DNA from: a virus
Strand: one strand, 5' to 3'
IMG/VR virus record: IMGVR_UViG_3300036791_001038
Location: 13,233-77,232 of that record
Length of the DNA stretch: 64,000 bases
In this document: piece by piece, positions 27,767 through 36,522 of the stretch
Layout: every line of letters starts with the position of its first letter
Numbering within the stretch: position 1 is the stretch's first letter
Notes under the pieces: model-generated
Databases searched by the model: none
Told to the model about the DNA's origin: nothing
The model's input: the letters and a program-made list of their open reading frames with translations, nothing else
Translations under genes and position numbers: made by a program

Positions 27767-28102
27767 ATGAGCTACAGCAGCGTCCATCTCTTGAACCAAG
27801 AGCCCACCTACGCCGGGCGGGTTCGGGCTTGTGTCACCGAGCAGGCCGCCTTGCTGACCGGTGACGCCGATCCGGCCATCGCGGCCTGCGCCAATGCCGG
27901 GCTGCGAGGTGACCCGGTGATCATGGACACCTTCGTGCGGACCACCTCCAGCGCCCCCGGCCTGGGCGACAAGGCCGACGTGGGAGACGGCACCATCGAC
28001 CACACCCTGATCGTGGACGACGACATCCTGACCGCCATCCAGACCAACTTCCCGAAGGTGGCGGTGTTGTTCTTCAACGCCGAAGGCGTCAGGATCGCCT
28101 GA
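27767..28102 (+). CDS. Paralog of the N-terminal domain of 27125..27730 (possible fibre chaperone)
   Basis: MSY....L......GR.RAC..E.A and GDGTID...I.D.DI occur in both. Confidence 0.65.
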   Translation: MSYSSVHLLNQEPTYAGRVRACVTEQAALLTGDADPAIAACANAGLRGDPVIMDTFVRTTSSAPGLGDKADVGDGTIDHTLIVDDDILTAIQTNFPKVAVLFFNAEGVRIA

Positions 28103-28329
28103 TGAGCCCGACCAAGAAGGACACCAACAAGCGCATGCGGGTGGTGGGCTGGAACATCCAGCCTGTCATCATGGCCGACGACGGCGAGAACCTGACCCCG
28201 GTCCAGGTCCAGGCCACCATGATCTCGGCCGCCAACTGGGACGAGTTCAAGGAGGGCGGCGACAAGCTGGCCCTCGAAGACCTGCGGACCCAGATCGAGA
28301 ACGGGAAGGTCGAAACCCCCAACACCTGA
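28102..28329 (+). CDS. Hypothetical protein
   Basis: Coupled start; typical codon usage. Confidence 0.6.
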   Translation: MSPTKKDTNKRMRVVGWNIQPVIMADDGENLTPVQVQATMISAANWDEFKEGGDKLALEDLRTQIENGKVETPNT

Positions 28330-28345
28330 CCGTACCTGAGGTGAT

Positions 28346-29953
28346 GTGACCCCTACCCCTGAGCCACTCGCTGGACCGTCGGTCGCTCGGACCGCGGGGG
28401 TGCTGGGCGCGCCGGTCGGGTCCTTCGTGTTGAGCAAGCCGTTGGTGGCCGCCGAGGCCGCCTCTATCGGCATGTCCGCCAGCACCGGCCTGACCGTCCA
28501 AGGTCAGGTCACCCAGGTGGCCCAGGTGGCCCAGTCGGCCACCTCTGGGATGGTCCTGGCCGGAGTGGTCACCCGCCCGGCCGCGGTGTCCCTGTCGGCT
28601 ACGGCCGGGATGACCATCGCTCCTCTGGTCACCGAGGTGGCCACGGTAGCTCTGTCCGCTTCGACCAGCTTGACCCTTGCTGCGACTCGCACGGTATTCG
28701 GCACCGTACCTTTGAGCGCCACTACCGGGCTGACCGTTACCACCCTCCAGACGGTCCTGGCCACGGTGCCGCTCTCGGCTGTCTCCGGGCTGAACATCGC
28801 CGGGCTGATCACTCAGCAGGCCGGGGTGGCTTTGACCGCCACCGGAGGACTGACCATCTCGCCCCTGGTCACCGAGATGGGCGCGCTGACCATGACCGGG
28901 GTGGCCTCCCTGTCGGCCACCCTCACCGGCCTGTACGCCGGGACGGTCGCCATGACGGCGGCCACCTCCCTGACCCTGGTGTACACCGTCTTCGCCGGGA
29001 CCTCGATCTTCATGGCCGCCACTACCACCCTGGTCGTAGCCGCCTGGGTCACCGAGTTGGCCGCGGTGTCGATGAGCGCCAGCGCGGGCCTGGTCGTAGC
29101 CGGGGTGGTGACCCGCTCCGGGGCCGTGACCATGAGCGCCACCGCCGGGTTGGCCTTCACCGTCCTGGTCACCGAGGTGGCCGTGGTGGCCATGAGCGCC
29201 AACGCCGTCCTCACCATCGTGGCTGGGGTGACCGAGATGGCGGTGGTGGCCCTGTCGGCACGGGCCAGCCTGACGGTGGCGGCCCTGGTGACCGAAGAGG
29301 GCTCGTTGGCCCTGAGCGGGTCCACCACCTTGACCGTGGCGGCCGGGGTGATTGAGCTTGCCAGTGTCGATCTGACCGGGCTGGCGTCCTTGACCACGGC
29401 GGCTCTGGTGATCGAGCAGGGCACGGTGGCCATGACGGCGGTGGCCTCGCTGACCACGATCGGGGTGGTGGTCCGGTACGGCTCGGTGAACATGACGGCG
29501 GTGGCCTCGCTGACGGTGACCGGGTTGATCACCGAGTTCGCCATCGAGGCCTTCATGGGGGCCACGGCCGAAGTGCTGATCGGTCACCTGTTCATACCGG
29601 CCTCGGTTCCCCTCAATGCCAGGTCCACGCTGCTGATCTTGGCTCGGGTGACCGAACTGGCCACGGTGCAGTTGAAGGCCAAGGCGGCCATGAAGGTGAT
29701 CGGCACCGTTATCGCCATCACCATCCTGGGCAAGGTCCGACCGGGGGCCACCCTATACCCTTGGCCCGAGTCCGAGGCTCTGGTGGAGATCACCGAGGAC
29801 CTCACGGGCCTGGTCAGGATGGCCGGTACGCTCTTCCCCTGGCCGGTGGCGGGCGGCCCGGAGGAGGAGACCGAGAACATCCTGGGGGTCGTCCGCGTCG
29901 GAGGACCCCTCTTCCCGTTTCCCACTACGGATCCCACCATGGAGAACCAATGA
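28346..29953 (+). CDS. Fibre/spike protein with 20-aa tandem repeats
   Basis: About 20 copies of VTE.A.V.(L/M)SA.A.LT....; three C-terminal G.VR..G.L(Y/F)P(W/F)P repeats. Confidence 0.75.
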   Translation: MTPTPEPLAGPSVARTAGVLGAPVGSFVLSKPLVAAEAASIGMSASTGLTVQGQVTQVAQVAQSATSGMVLAGVVTRPAAVSLSATAGMTIAPLVTEVATVALSASTSLTLAATRTVFGTVPLSATTGLTVTTLQTVLATVPLSAVSGLNIAGLITQQAGVALTATGGLTISPLVTEMGALTMTGVASLSATLTGLYAGTVAMTAATSLTLVYTVFAGTSIFMAATTTLVVAAWVTELAAVSMSASAGLVVAGVVTRSGAVTMSATAGLAFTVLVTEVAVVAMSANAVLTIVAGVTEMAVVALSARASLTVAALVTEEGSLALSGSTTLTVAAGVIELASVDLTGLASLTTAALVIEQGTVAMTAVASLTTIGVVVRYGSVNMTAVASLTVTGLITEFAIEAFMGATAEVLIGHLFIPASVPLNARSTLLILARVTELATVQLKAKAAMKVIGTVIAITILGKVRPGATLYPWPESEALVEITEDLTGLVRMAGTLFPWPVAGGPEEETENILGVVRVGGPLFPFPTTDPTMENQ

Positions 29954-30885
29954 CCGCACTGCCCTCTCCTGTCCCCGGTAATCCTCCGGCCAATCTGGAG
30001 GACTATCTCTACGTCTCGCAACAGGCCAACGATCAGGTTGGCATCATCATCAACATCGGCGGAGTGCCCACCGATCCTGACGGTCTAGTGGTGCTGGTGG
30101 CCATGATGCCGGACCTGGCCGGAGTGCCCGCCGTTTTCACCGGGCGTAACGCCGTGCGGGACTACACCGGGGCCTATTCGTACACCTTCCTGTCCACCGA
30201 CACCGCCATCACCGGCAAGTACCACCTGGCCTGGACCTACCAGCTATCCGGGGTGCCGGACACCTACATGACCCCGATCGAGGTGGGCTCCTACAGCCCG
30301 GCCTATGACGCTCTGGCCCCGGACATGCGGGCTGTCATCGACCTGGTGTGGGCCAAGTTCGAGGACATCTACGACAGCCAGTTCGGTGGTCCCAACCTGC
30401 TGTCCTATTTCCAGAGTCACTTCGGGCGCGGTCGCATGGCCCAGCTACTGCAGATCGCCATCATGAACATCAACCTGTCCATGCAGCCGGTCAACAACTA
30501 CTCCTGGGCCGCCCCACCCACCGATGCCAACGCCCCACCGGCCACCGGCCCCACCTTCCCGGTCCAGCAGTGGGGTGGCCTGCTGGTCCAGGGCCTGACC
30601 ATCGAGACCATCAAGCACCTGATGCGCTCCTACGTGGAGGAGCCCCTGGCCGAGAACGCCAACGTGGCCCGCCTGACCCGCCGGGACTACCTGCAGCGCT
30701 GGGGCGAGATCCTCTCCACCGAGCAGGCCGCCTACCAGCAGGAACTGGAGGTGTTCAAGATCCGCCAGATGTTCACCCTGCAGCCCAGGGTGCTGGTCTC
30801 GGGCGGCGTCTACGGGAACTTCGGTCCCACCCGGCTGGCCGGGAATGCCGCGGCCAGACCTCGCTACTGGACGCGTTGGTACTAA
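29950..30885 (+). CDS. Head-tail adaptor (neck) protein
   Basis: ATG at 29950 overlaps the previous stop; FED.YDS..GGPNL...F...R.AQLL, HLMRSYVEEP and RRDYLQRW match Bxz1-like neck proteins (recalled). Confidence 0.7.
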   Translation: MTALPSPVPGNPPANLEDYLYVSQQANDQVGIIINIGGVPTDPDGLVVLVAMMPDLAGVPAVFTGRNAVRDYTGAYSYTFLSTDTAITGKYHLAWTYQLSGVPDTYMTPIEVGSYSPAYDALAPDMRAVIDLVWAKFEDIYDSQFGGPNLLSYFQSHFGRGRMAQLLQIAIMNINLSMQPVNNYSWAAPPTDANAPPATGPTFPVQQWGGLLVQGLTIETIKHLMRSYVEEPLAENANVARLTRRDYLQRWGEILSTEQAAYQQELEVFKIRQMFTLQPRVLVSGGVYGNFGPTRLAGNAAARPRYWTRWY

Positions 30886-30890
30886 GCCAA

Positions 30891-31088
30891 ATGGAATACC
30901 TCACCACAAGCTCCAGCAACTCCGCGGTGTCCTGGACCACGGCCAACACCAGCACTACCTCGTTGTCATGGACCATCTACCAGTCCCCCAGTGACCCCTC
31001 AGCGCCTCCCTGTGGCGTCCGGGAGCCCCGCAGGCCCCTGCTCCCCTCCGGCTCGGCCAGCCAGGCCCTGGCGCTGCCTGAGGGCTGA
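30891..31088 (+). CDS. Small protein ending in a GVREPRRP motif
   Basis: 65 aa; fills the gap between the neck gene and promoter copy 5. Confidence 0.45.
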   Translation: MEYLTTSSSNSAVSWTTANTSTTSLSWTIYQSPSDPSAPPCGVREPRRPLLPSGSASQALALPEG

Positions 31089-31108
31089 CCAGAGCAACGA
31101 AGGGGTGA
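31073..31108 (+). promoter_or_regulatory. Putative late promoter, copy 5 (degenerate upstream box)
   Basis: GCTGCC-N19 (containing CCAGAGC)-CGAAGGGGTGA; ATG at 31110. Confidence 0.55.
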
Positions 31109-31109
31109 G

Positions 31110-31355
31110 ATGGCGAACGAGTCCGGCACGTCCAAGTATGAGGTACGCCTGGCCAAGTGGTCCGAGGAGCAGACCACGGCCGCGGCCGAGCGACACGGGG
31201 TGGCCCCCGAGGATTTGACCAACGATCACTTCACGGGCCTGGCCCCGGCCGAGGAGATCCGCATCGATCATGTCACCGGCAGGGTCATCCACATCGACTC
31301 TCGCGGCAACCGGCGGGTCCTGACCATCGAAGAGTGGAACGAGGAGAAGCACTGA
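31110..31355 (+). CDS. Hypothetical protein
   Basis: 81 aa, directly after the promoter motif. Confidence 0.6.
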   Translation: MANESGTSKYEVRLAKWSEEQTTAAAERHGVAPEDLTNDHFTGLAPAEEIRIDHVTGRVIHIDSRGNRRVLTIEEWNEEKH

Positions 31356-31747
31356 TGGTCGAGACCAACACCGGCATCGGCATCATGGAGCAGCTTCTGA
31401 CCGGCACCGCTCAGCCCACCCCCTTCGACGCCGGTCATGCCCGCATCGGGGTGGGTGATGGCAACGGCAGCGTGCCCGTTGCCCACGCCACCGACACCGC
31501 CCTGGCCGCCACCACCAACAAGGTCTTCGTGGGCATGAACGCCGGGTTCCCCCAACAGTCCGGCAACGTCATGACCTGGCAGGCCACCTTCCCGGCCGGG
31601 ACCGGCACCTTCTTCTGGCGGGAGTGGGGCATCGACAACGGCAATGGTGGCGGCCCGCAGCAGCTTTTCAACCACATCGGGGTGTCCCTGGGCAACAAGA
31701 CGGCCGGAACCACCTGGACCTTCCAGGTCAGCGTGACCCAGACCTAG
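31355..31747 (+). CDS. Small structural protein
   Basis: ARIGVGDG...ATDTAL...WQATF......F.WREWGI...LFNH...LG.K pattern of phage virion proteins. Confidence 0.7.
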   Translation: MVETNTGIGIMEQLLTGTAQPTPFDAGHARIGVGDGNGSVPVAHATDTALAATTNKVFVGMNAGFPQQSGNVMTWQATFPAGTGTFFWREWGIDNGNGGGPQQLFNHIGVSLGNKTAGTTWTFQVSVTQT

Positions 31748-31749
31748 CC

Positions 31750-32193
31750 ATGCCCTTCACCAACTACCTCGATCAGAAGCTGGCCGGGCTATTCCTAGGC
31801 AACACCGCCTATGCCATCCCGGCCAACCTGTACCTGGGCCTGTCCTCCACCGGTCCCACCCAGGCCCAGGCAGGCACCCCGCCCTGGAACTTCACCGAGC
31901 CCTCCGGCAACGCCTATGCGCGGGTGATGGTGCCCAACAACTCGACCAACTTCGGGCCGATCACCACCGAGCCCCCGGCCGGTTACACCATCCAGAACAA
32001 GCTGGTGATCACCTTCCTGCAGGCCAGTGGACCCTGGTTGGCCGGAGCCCCCTTGTCCTGGTTCGGGCTCTTCGATGTGGTCACCGGAGGCAACCTGTGC
32101 CTGTATGGGACCTGCTCCCCGGCCCAGACGGTGGGATCTGGGAACATCACGCTTAGCTTCACTGCCGGTGCCTTGAATATCACGCTGAACTGA
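31750..32193 (+). CDS. Small tail-fibre-associated structural protein
   Basis: LYLGLSST..EPSGNAYARV..GLFD..TGGN; paralog of 17145. Confidence 0.7.
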   Translation: MPFTNYLDQKLAGLFLGNTAYAIPANLYLGLSSTGPTQAQAGTPPWNFTEPSGNAYARVMVPNNSTNFGPITTEPPAGYTIQNKLVITFLQASGPWLAGAPLSWFGLFDVVTGGNLCLYGTCSPAQTVGSGNITLSFTAGALNITLN

Positions 32194-32203
32194 GGAGCAA
32201 ACA

Positions 32204-32602
32204 ATGCCCGTAGGAGTTGCCACTCCGGTCGCCAACAGCATTCTGGCATTGATGCTCAACGGCACCGCGTGGGCCGGTTATAGCACCTTGTACGCCCAGT
32301 TGCACACTGGTCAACCAGGACCATTAGGCACCGCTAATGTCGCCGGTGAAGCTCTGCGCGTTACCTGTGGGACAGTACCGGAGTTCGGAACCCCGACCAA
32401 CGGGGCTTGCAGCAACAACAATCCCATAACCTGGTCTGCAGTAACCACCAGTGAAACCTACACCTTTGTCACGCTTTGGACGGCGCTTACCGGTGGGAAC
32501 TTCGTAGCGTCAGGATCCATCTCTGCACAGCCGGTAGTCGTCGGGAACAACTTCTCAATCCCGGCTGGAGGCCTGTCTGTTTCGCTGCCTGTAGCGAGCT
32601 AA
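32204..32602 (+). CDS. Small tail-fibre-associated structural protein
   Basis: YAQLHTGQPG..GTAN...LWTALTGGNF; same family as 17145 and 31750. Confidence 0.7.
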   Translation: MPVGVATPVANSILALMLNGTAWAGYSTLYAQLHTGQPGPLGTANVAGEALRVTCGTVPEFGTPTNGACSNNNPITWSAVTTSETYTFVTLWTALTGGNFVASGSISAQPVVVGNNFSIPAGGLSVSLPVAS

Positions 32603-32606
32603 GCCT

Positions 32607-34958
32607 ATGGCGACTTACCGCCTGTTCCCCTCCACCAACGGGCCAGCTACCGCTACTGCTCGTACCGGGAGCTTCATCTCCGGGGTGACCTTCACCGTCA
32701 CCCAGGGAGGCATGTGGTTCACCGGCTACTGGTGGTGGGTGTGCGCCTCGGGCCAGACCATCACCCCGGTCAAGTGCGCTCTGTGGTCCCTCCTCAATGG
32801 CACCAGCGGACGGGTCATCCCCGGCAGCGTGGTCACCTCCGGGACGCTGACGGTCGGGGCCTGGAACTACATTCCGCTGCCCATCCCCGTCCAGATCGCC
32901 ATCGGTGACACCCTGGTGGCCGCCATCGGGGTCAACGGGGCCTACCCCGACACCCCCAACTCCTTCGGGGCCGGTCAGACCTACGCGGCGGGCATCACCC
33001 AGGGACCATTGCGGGCCTTCTCCGCCCCCAGTGGCACCTATCCCAGCGGCTGGGGCAACCCCCAGGGCTGCATGTCCACCGGGGGCAACGACCCCTCCAC
33101 CACCATCCCGTTGACCGCCTCGGGCACCGACAACCTGTGGGTCGGAGTGCAGGTCTCTGACACCGCGGCCCCCAACTACACCGGCACCTGGCGACTGTGG
33201 CCCAACATGGCCTCGGCCACCTCCTATACCCAGCCCAACACCACCGACAATCTCATCGTCGGCACCGAGATCGATATCACAGCCCGAGCCACCGTCAACA
33301 ACATCTGGTTCTACAGCCCGGCTGGAACGGCTCAGCTACCCACCGAGGTCACCATCTGGACCACCCATCAGGGCGGGCTCACCGGCACCGCCCTGGTCGA
33401 TGTCACCGCTCCGGTCTGGTCGGGCGTGGCCGGGAGCGGCTGGATCTCGACCCCGGTGCCCGGCAACGTGGTGTTGCCCATCGGCAAGTACCGGGTGTCG
33501 GTCTACAACGAGACCGTCACCCCGGACCAGTGGTCCGCCTTCTACACCGGCTACTGGGGGATCTACTCCGGCCAGGCCGCTCGGGCGGTGGGCCAGAACG
33601 GCATCGTGGCCGGTCCCATGACCGCGCCCCCCTCGGCCACAGCCCTGAACGCCTTCAGTGCCAACGGCGCAGGAGCCACCGAGCCGGGCCAGTCGGTCTA
33701 CATCCTGGGTCCTCCGAACGCCTTCCCCAACATCTACGTCGGGGTCAACTCCCCTGGTGGGGCGCTCTTCCAGAACTACTGGGTGGACCTGGAGGTCACC
33801 ACCGTCATCATCACCGTCACCGGTACTGCCTCCATCATCGCAGGACCGTTGAGCGTTAGAGCTAACGGCGTCGTTTCGATAATAGGAAAAGCCAGTATTA
33901 CGGTTGGTCCGGTCCTTATTGTCGCCACGGTTATCACCGTAATAGGCAATGTCAGCATCGTCGTTGGCGGCGTGGATGTCGTTGCCACCGGGCAGACCTC
34001 TGTCACTGGCACAGGCCGGGTGGCCCTGGGCGTGCTGGACCTCCGGGCTACCGGGATCACCACGGTGGTGGGCCACGCCAGCATCGTCGTCGGGCCGATC
34101 CTGGTGGTGGCGGCCCGCGTCAACAAGGTCTACACGCGAGGCGAGTCGGTCACCCAGTCCTCGGTCGCGGCCACCCTGCACAAGGCCATCGTCATCACCA
34201 CCACCGGCCCGGTCACGGCCCTGTCCTCGGCCAGCGCCGTCCTGACCCAGAACCTGGCTATCCCGCCCGGTGTCGAGACCGGGGTCGGGACCGAGTCCAT
34301 CGACTCCCTGACCATCCAGGCCGCCCTGCTCAACCACTTCTTCGACACCTACGTGGTCCCCGACGCCAAGAACTGGGAGGTCGAGAACGAGCGCGCCCGC
34401 CACGATCAGGCCCTGTACCGCTTGGGCGAGTACGGCATCTTTGTGCTGATGTGGCAGATGCAGGACTTCACCCTGGGCCTGGTGGGGCGCTGTACCACCT
34501 GCATGATCCCCCAGGGAGCCCTGGCTGACACCTGGGCGCAGCCCGCCTACTTCAAGTGCCCGGACTGCTACGGCACTGGCTTCGAGGGCGGCTACAAGGC
34601 CGTCCTGGTGCGGCCCTCGCTGTGGACCTGGGACGAGCCGGTGCAGCAGCAGGTGGCCCGTGGCGTGATCAACACCAACGTGGCCCAGGTCCAGACCACC
34701 GCCGACTTCCGCATGCAGCCCAAGGACTACCTGATCCGGGGGGACGGGTCGCGCTGGCAGATCCAGAGCGTCGAGGGGGAGCATCTCGACACCGGCTTCG
34801 GGACCCAGGCCGGGCCGTGGAACGCCGTCGGCTTCAGCTATGCCAACGTGACCAGAGAGGACGAGTCCTCGCCCATCTACCTGCTGCCGCTGGCCGAGAG
34901 CTACATCCAGGAGAACATCACCCAGTACTACTCCCGAGCCCCGGTTACGGAGTTCTGA
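32607..34958 (+). CDS. Neck/head-closure protein fused to two DUF4082-like beta-sandwich domains
   Basis: G.TF.V....TGY.W and NYWVDLEV motifs; C-terminal ERARHDQAL..GEY..F.LMW, RCTTC and CPDCYGTGFEGG. Confidence 0.65.
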   Translation: MATYRLFPSTNGPATATARTGSFISGVTFTVTQGGMWFTGYWWWVCASGQTITPVKCALWSLLNGTSGRVIPGSVVTSGTLTVGAWNYIPLPIPVQIAIGDTLVAAIGVNGAYPDTPNSFGAGQTYAAGITQGPLRAFSAPSGTYPSGWGNPQGCMSTGGNDPSTTIPLTASGTDNLWVGVQVSDTAAPNYTGTWRLWPNMASATSYTQPNTTDNLIVGTEIDITARATVNNIWFYSPAGTAQLPTEVTIWTTHQGGLTGTALVDVTAPVWSGVAGSGWISTPVPGNVVLPIGKYRVSVYNETVTPDQWSAFYTGYWGIYSGQAARAVGQNGIVAGPMTAPPSATALNAFSANGAGATEPGQSVYILGPPNAFPNIYVGVNSPGGALFQNYWVDLEVTTVIITVTGTASIIAGPLSVRANGVVSIIGKASITVGPVLIVATVITVIGNVSIVVGGVDVVATGQTSVTGTGRVALGVLDLRATGITTVVGHASIVVGPILVVAARVNKVYTRGESVTQSSVAATLHKAIVITTTGPVTALSSASAVLTQNLAIPPGVETGVGTESIDSLTIQAALLNHFFDTYVVPDAKNWEVENERARHDQALYRLGEYGIFVLMWQMQDFTLGLVGRCTTCMIPQGALADTWAQPAYFKCPDCYGTGFEGGYKAVLVRPSLWTWDEPVQQQVARGVINTNVAQVQTTADFRMQPKDYLIRGDGSRWQIQSVEGEHLDTGFGTQAGPWNAVGFSYANVTREDESSPIYLLPLAESYIQENITQYYSRAPVTEF

Positions 34959-35719
34959 TGCCCATCGGCACTCGGGCACCTGATCGGGCCATCATGGTCA
35001 TCGACGGGCTCAGCCTGCACGATGCCAAGTGGCTGGCCAACGTCGCCGTCATCTTCGCCCGCGCCCACGCCCCCAAGCTGACCGGGGTCTCGGCGTCGAG
35101 GATCGAGCCGCTCTACGGCAAGGAGCATTTCGGGCTGCGCTGGGCCGATGATCGGGTGTGGTTCCAGAACGCCGGGGTGAACCCCTTCGTCATGCGCGCC
35201 CTGGCCGGGAAGACCATCCCCATGTGGATCGATGACCCCTCCGGCACCGAGCGCCAGAAGAACCCCAAAGCCAAGGTGCGCGTCACCGAGAGCGGCCGGA
35301 CCCAGGTGCTGATCTTCCGCAAGGCCGCTCAGCTAGGGGCGCGCAAGACCGTCGCTCGACGCCGAGGTGGCGTCACCACTCAGGTGACGGTGCCCCAGAG
35401 CTATCCCGGCGCGCCCGGTCGCATCACCATCCGGGAGGCCGGAGCCCCCTACACCTCGCCGGGCCGTCAGCCCGGTCGCATCGCTCGGGGCAACGTGGGC
35501 CTGCGCTGGTACTTCCCTGGGCTGAGCCCCCGCAACTTCATCCAGAACGGATTGGTGCAGGCCTGCAACGCCGCGGGGATCACCCCCGGCCCTATCCATA
35601 CCGGCTACAACTTCTACTCGGCCCGAGCCTCGCTCGGTGACAAGATCCCTGCTTATCCCCAGCAACCCATGGCCGAGCGGATGAGCAAACTGGCGAAAAG
35701 AGGTGTGAAATCTACCTAG
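34958..35719 (+). CDS. Neck/tail-completion protein (basic)
   Basis: Coupled ATG at 34958; PF.MR.LAGKTIPMWIDDP.G...NPKAK.R.T.SGR.QVLIFRKAA resembles Bxz1-like neck protein (recalled). Confidence 0.7.
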   Translation: MPIGTRAPDRAIMVIDGLSLHDAKWLANVAVIFARAHAPKLTGVSASRIEPLYGKEHFGLRWADDRVWFQNAGVNPFVMRALAGKTIPMWIDDPSGTERQKNPKAKVRVTESGRTQVLIFRKAAQLGARKTVARRRGGVTTQVTVPQSYPGAPGRITIREAGAPYTSPGRQPGRIARGNVGLRWYFPGLSPRNFIQNGLVQACNAAGITPGPIHTGYNFYSARASLGDKIPAYPQQPMAERMSKLAKRGVKST

Positions 35720-36390
35720 TTCAGTTGATGCATGTCATCACCTCAGGCTTGCAAAGCGTCTTCCATGGCGATTATGTCTCCATGGATGATCAGCCGGACT
35801 TCGCCGGTCTGCATGTCTCTATCGAATACCCGTTGAACCCCCAGGACTACCCTGGTATCTGGGTGGACTTCGAGCCCGAGGGAGAGCTTTCCCGAGGTGG
35901 CATCGATGACATCAACAGCTTCCTGCCGAACGGGGACTCCTCCCTGACCCCGTTGTACCTGTGGCGGGCTCAGGGCTGGGCCACCTACACCCTGGCCGCC
36001 CTGACCTCCCTGCAACGGGCGCGCCTGCACGATGAGATCGTCCGGGTGTTCGCCTTCGGCAGCGACCCGACGGTGGCGGCCTTCCGGGGCTCCATCGAGT
36101 CCAACGACTACCTGGCCATGAACATGGACTTCGATCGCATCGCGGAACGGGGAGCCTCGGCCACCGCGGGCACGCCCTGGGGAACCGAAGAGATCATCTA
36201 CGAAGTGACATTGGCCATGCAATGCGTGATCGAGTTCTACTCGACAGCCAACAAGGACAAGCTCTATCCGTTGTCCCAGATTCAGATTTACTCCACGCCA
36301 CAAGGATTGGATACTTGGACAGAAACCACAGTCAATGCTAATGGCCTGTCCATCGCGCCAGGCACACCACCATCAGATGGTTGGCAGTAG
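35710..36390 (+). CDS. Tail terminator/completion protein (start may be ATC at 35710, else 35725/35728)
   Basis: VSIEYP....YPGIWV.FE and ALTSLQRARL.D; lies just before the sheath gene. Confidence 0.65.
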   Translation: MYLVQLMHVITSGLQSVFHGDYVSMDDQPDFAGLHVSIEYPLNPQDYPGIWVDFEPEGELSRGGIDDINSFLPNGDSSLTPLYLWRAQGWATYTLAALTSLQRARLHDEIVRVFAFGSDPTVAAFRGSIESNDYLAMNMDFDRIAERGASATAGTPWGTEEIIYEVTLAMQCVIEFYSTANKDKLYPLSQIQIYSTPQGLDTWTETTVNANGLSIAPGTPPSDGWQ

Positions 36391-36399
36391 GGGTCGGGG

Positions 36400-36435
36400 C
36401 CTGTCTCTAGCTGGATCAGAGCGCCGAAGGAGTGA
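36400..36435 (+). promoter_or_regulatory. Putative late promoter, copy 6 (tail operon)
   Basis: CCTGTC-N19-CGAAGGAGTGA upstream of the sheath gene. Confidence 0.7.
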
Positions 36436-36522
36436 GAAGCCCGACCAGGGAGACGCGGTTCTGTGTCATCAGCCCAAATGCATGACGCAATCCTAACCTT
36501 TGATAAGGGGGCGTGATACGTC

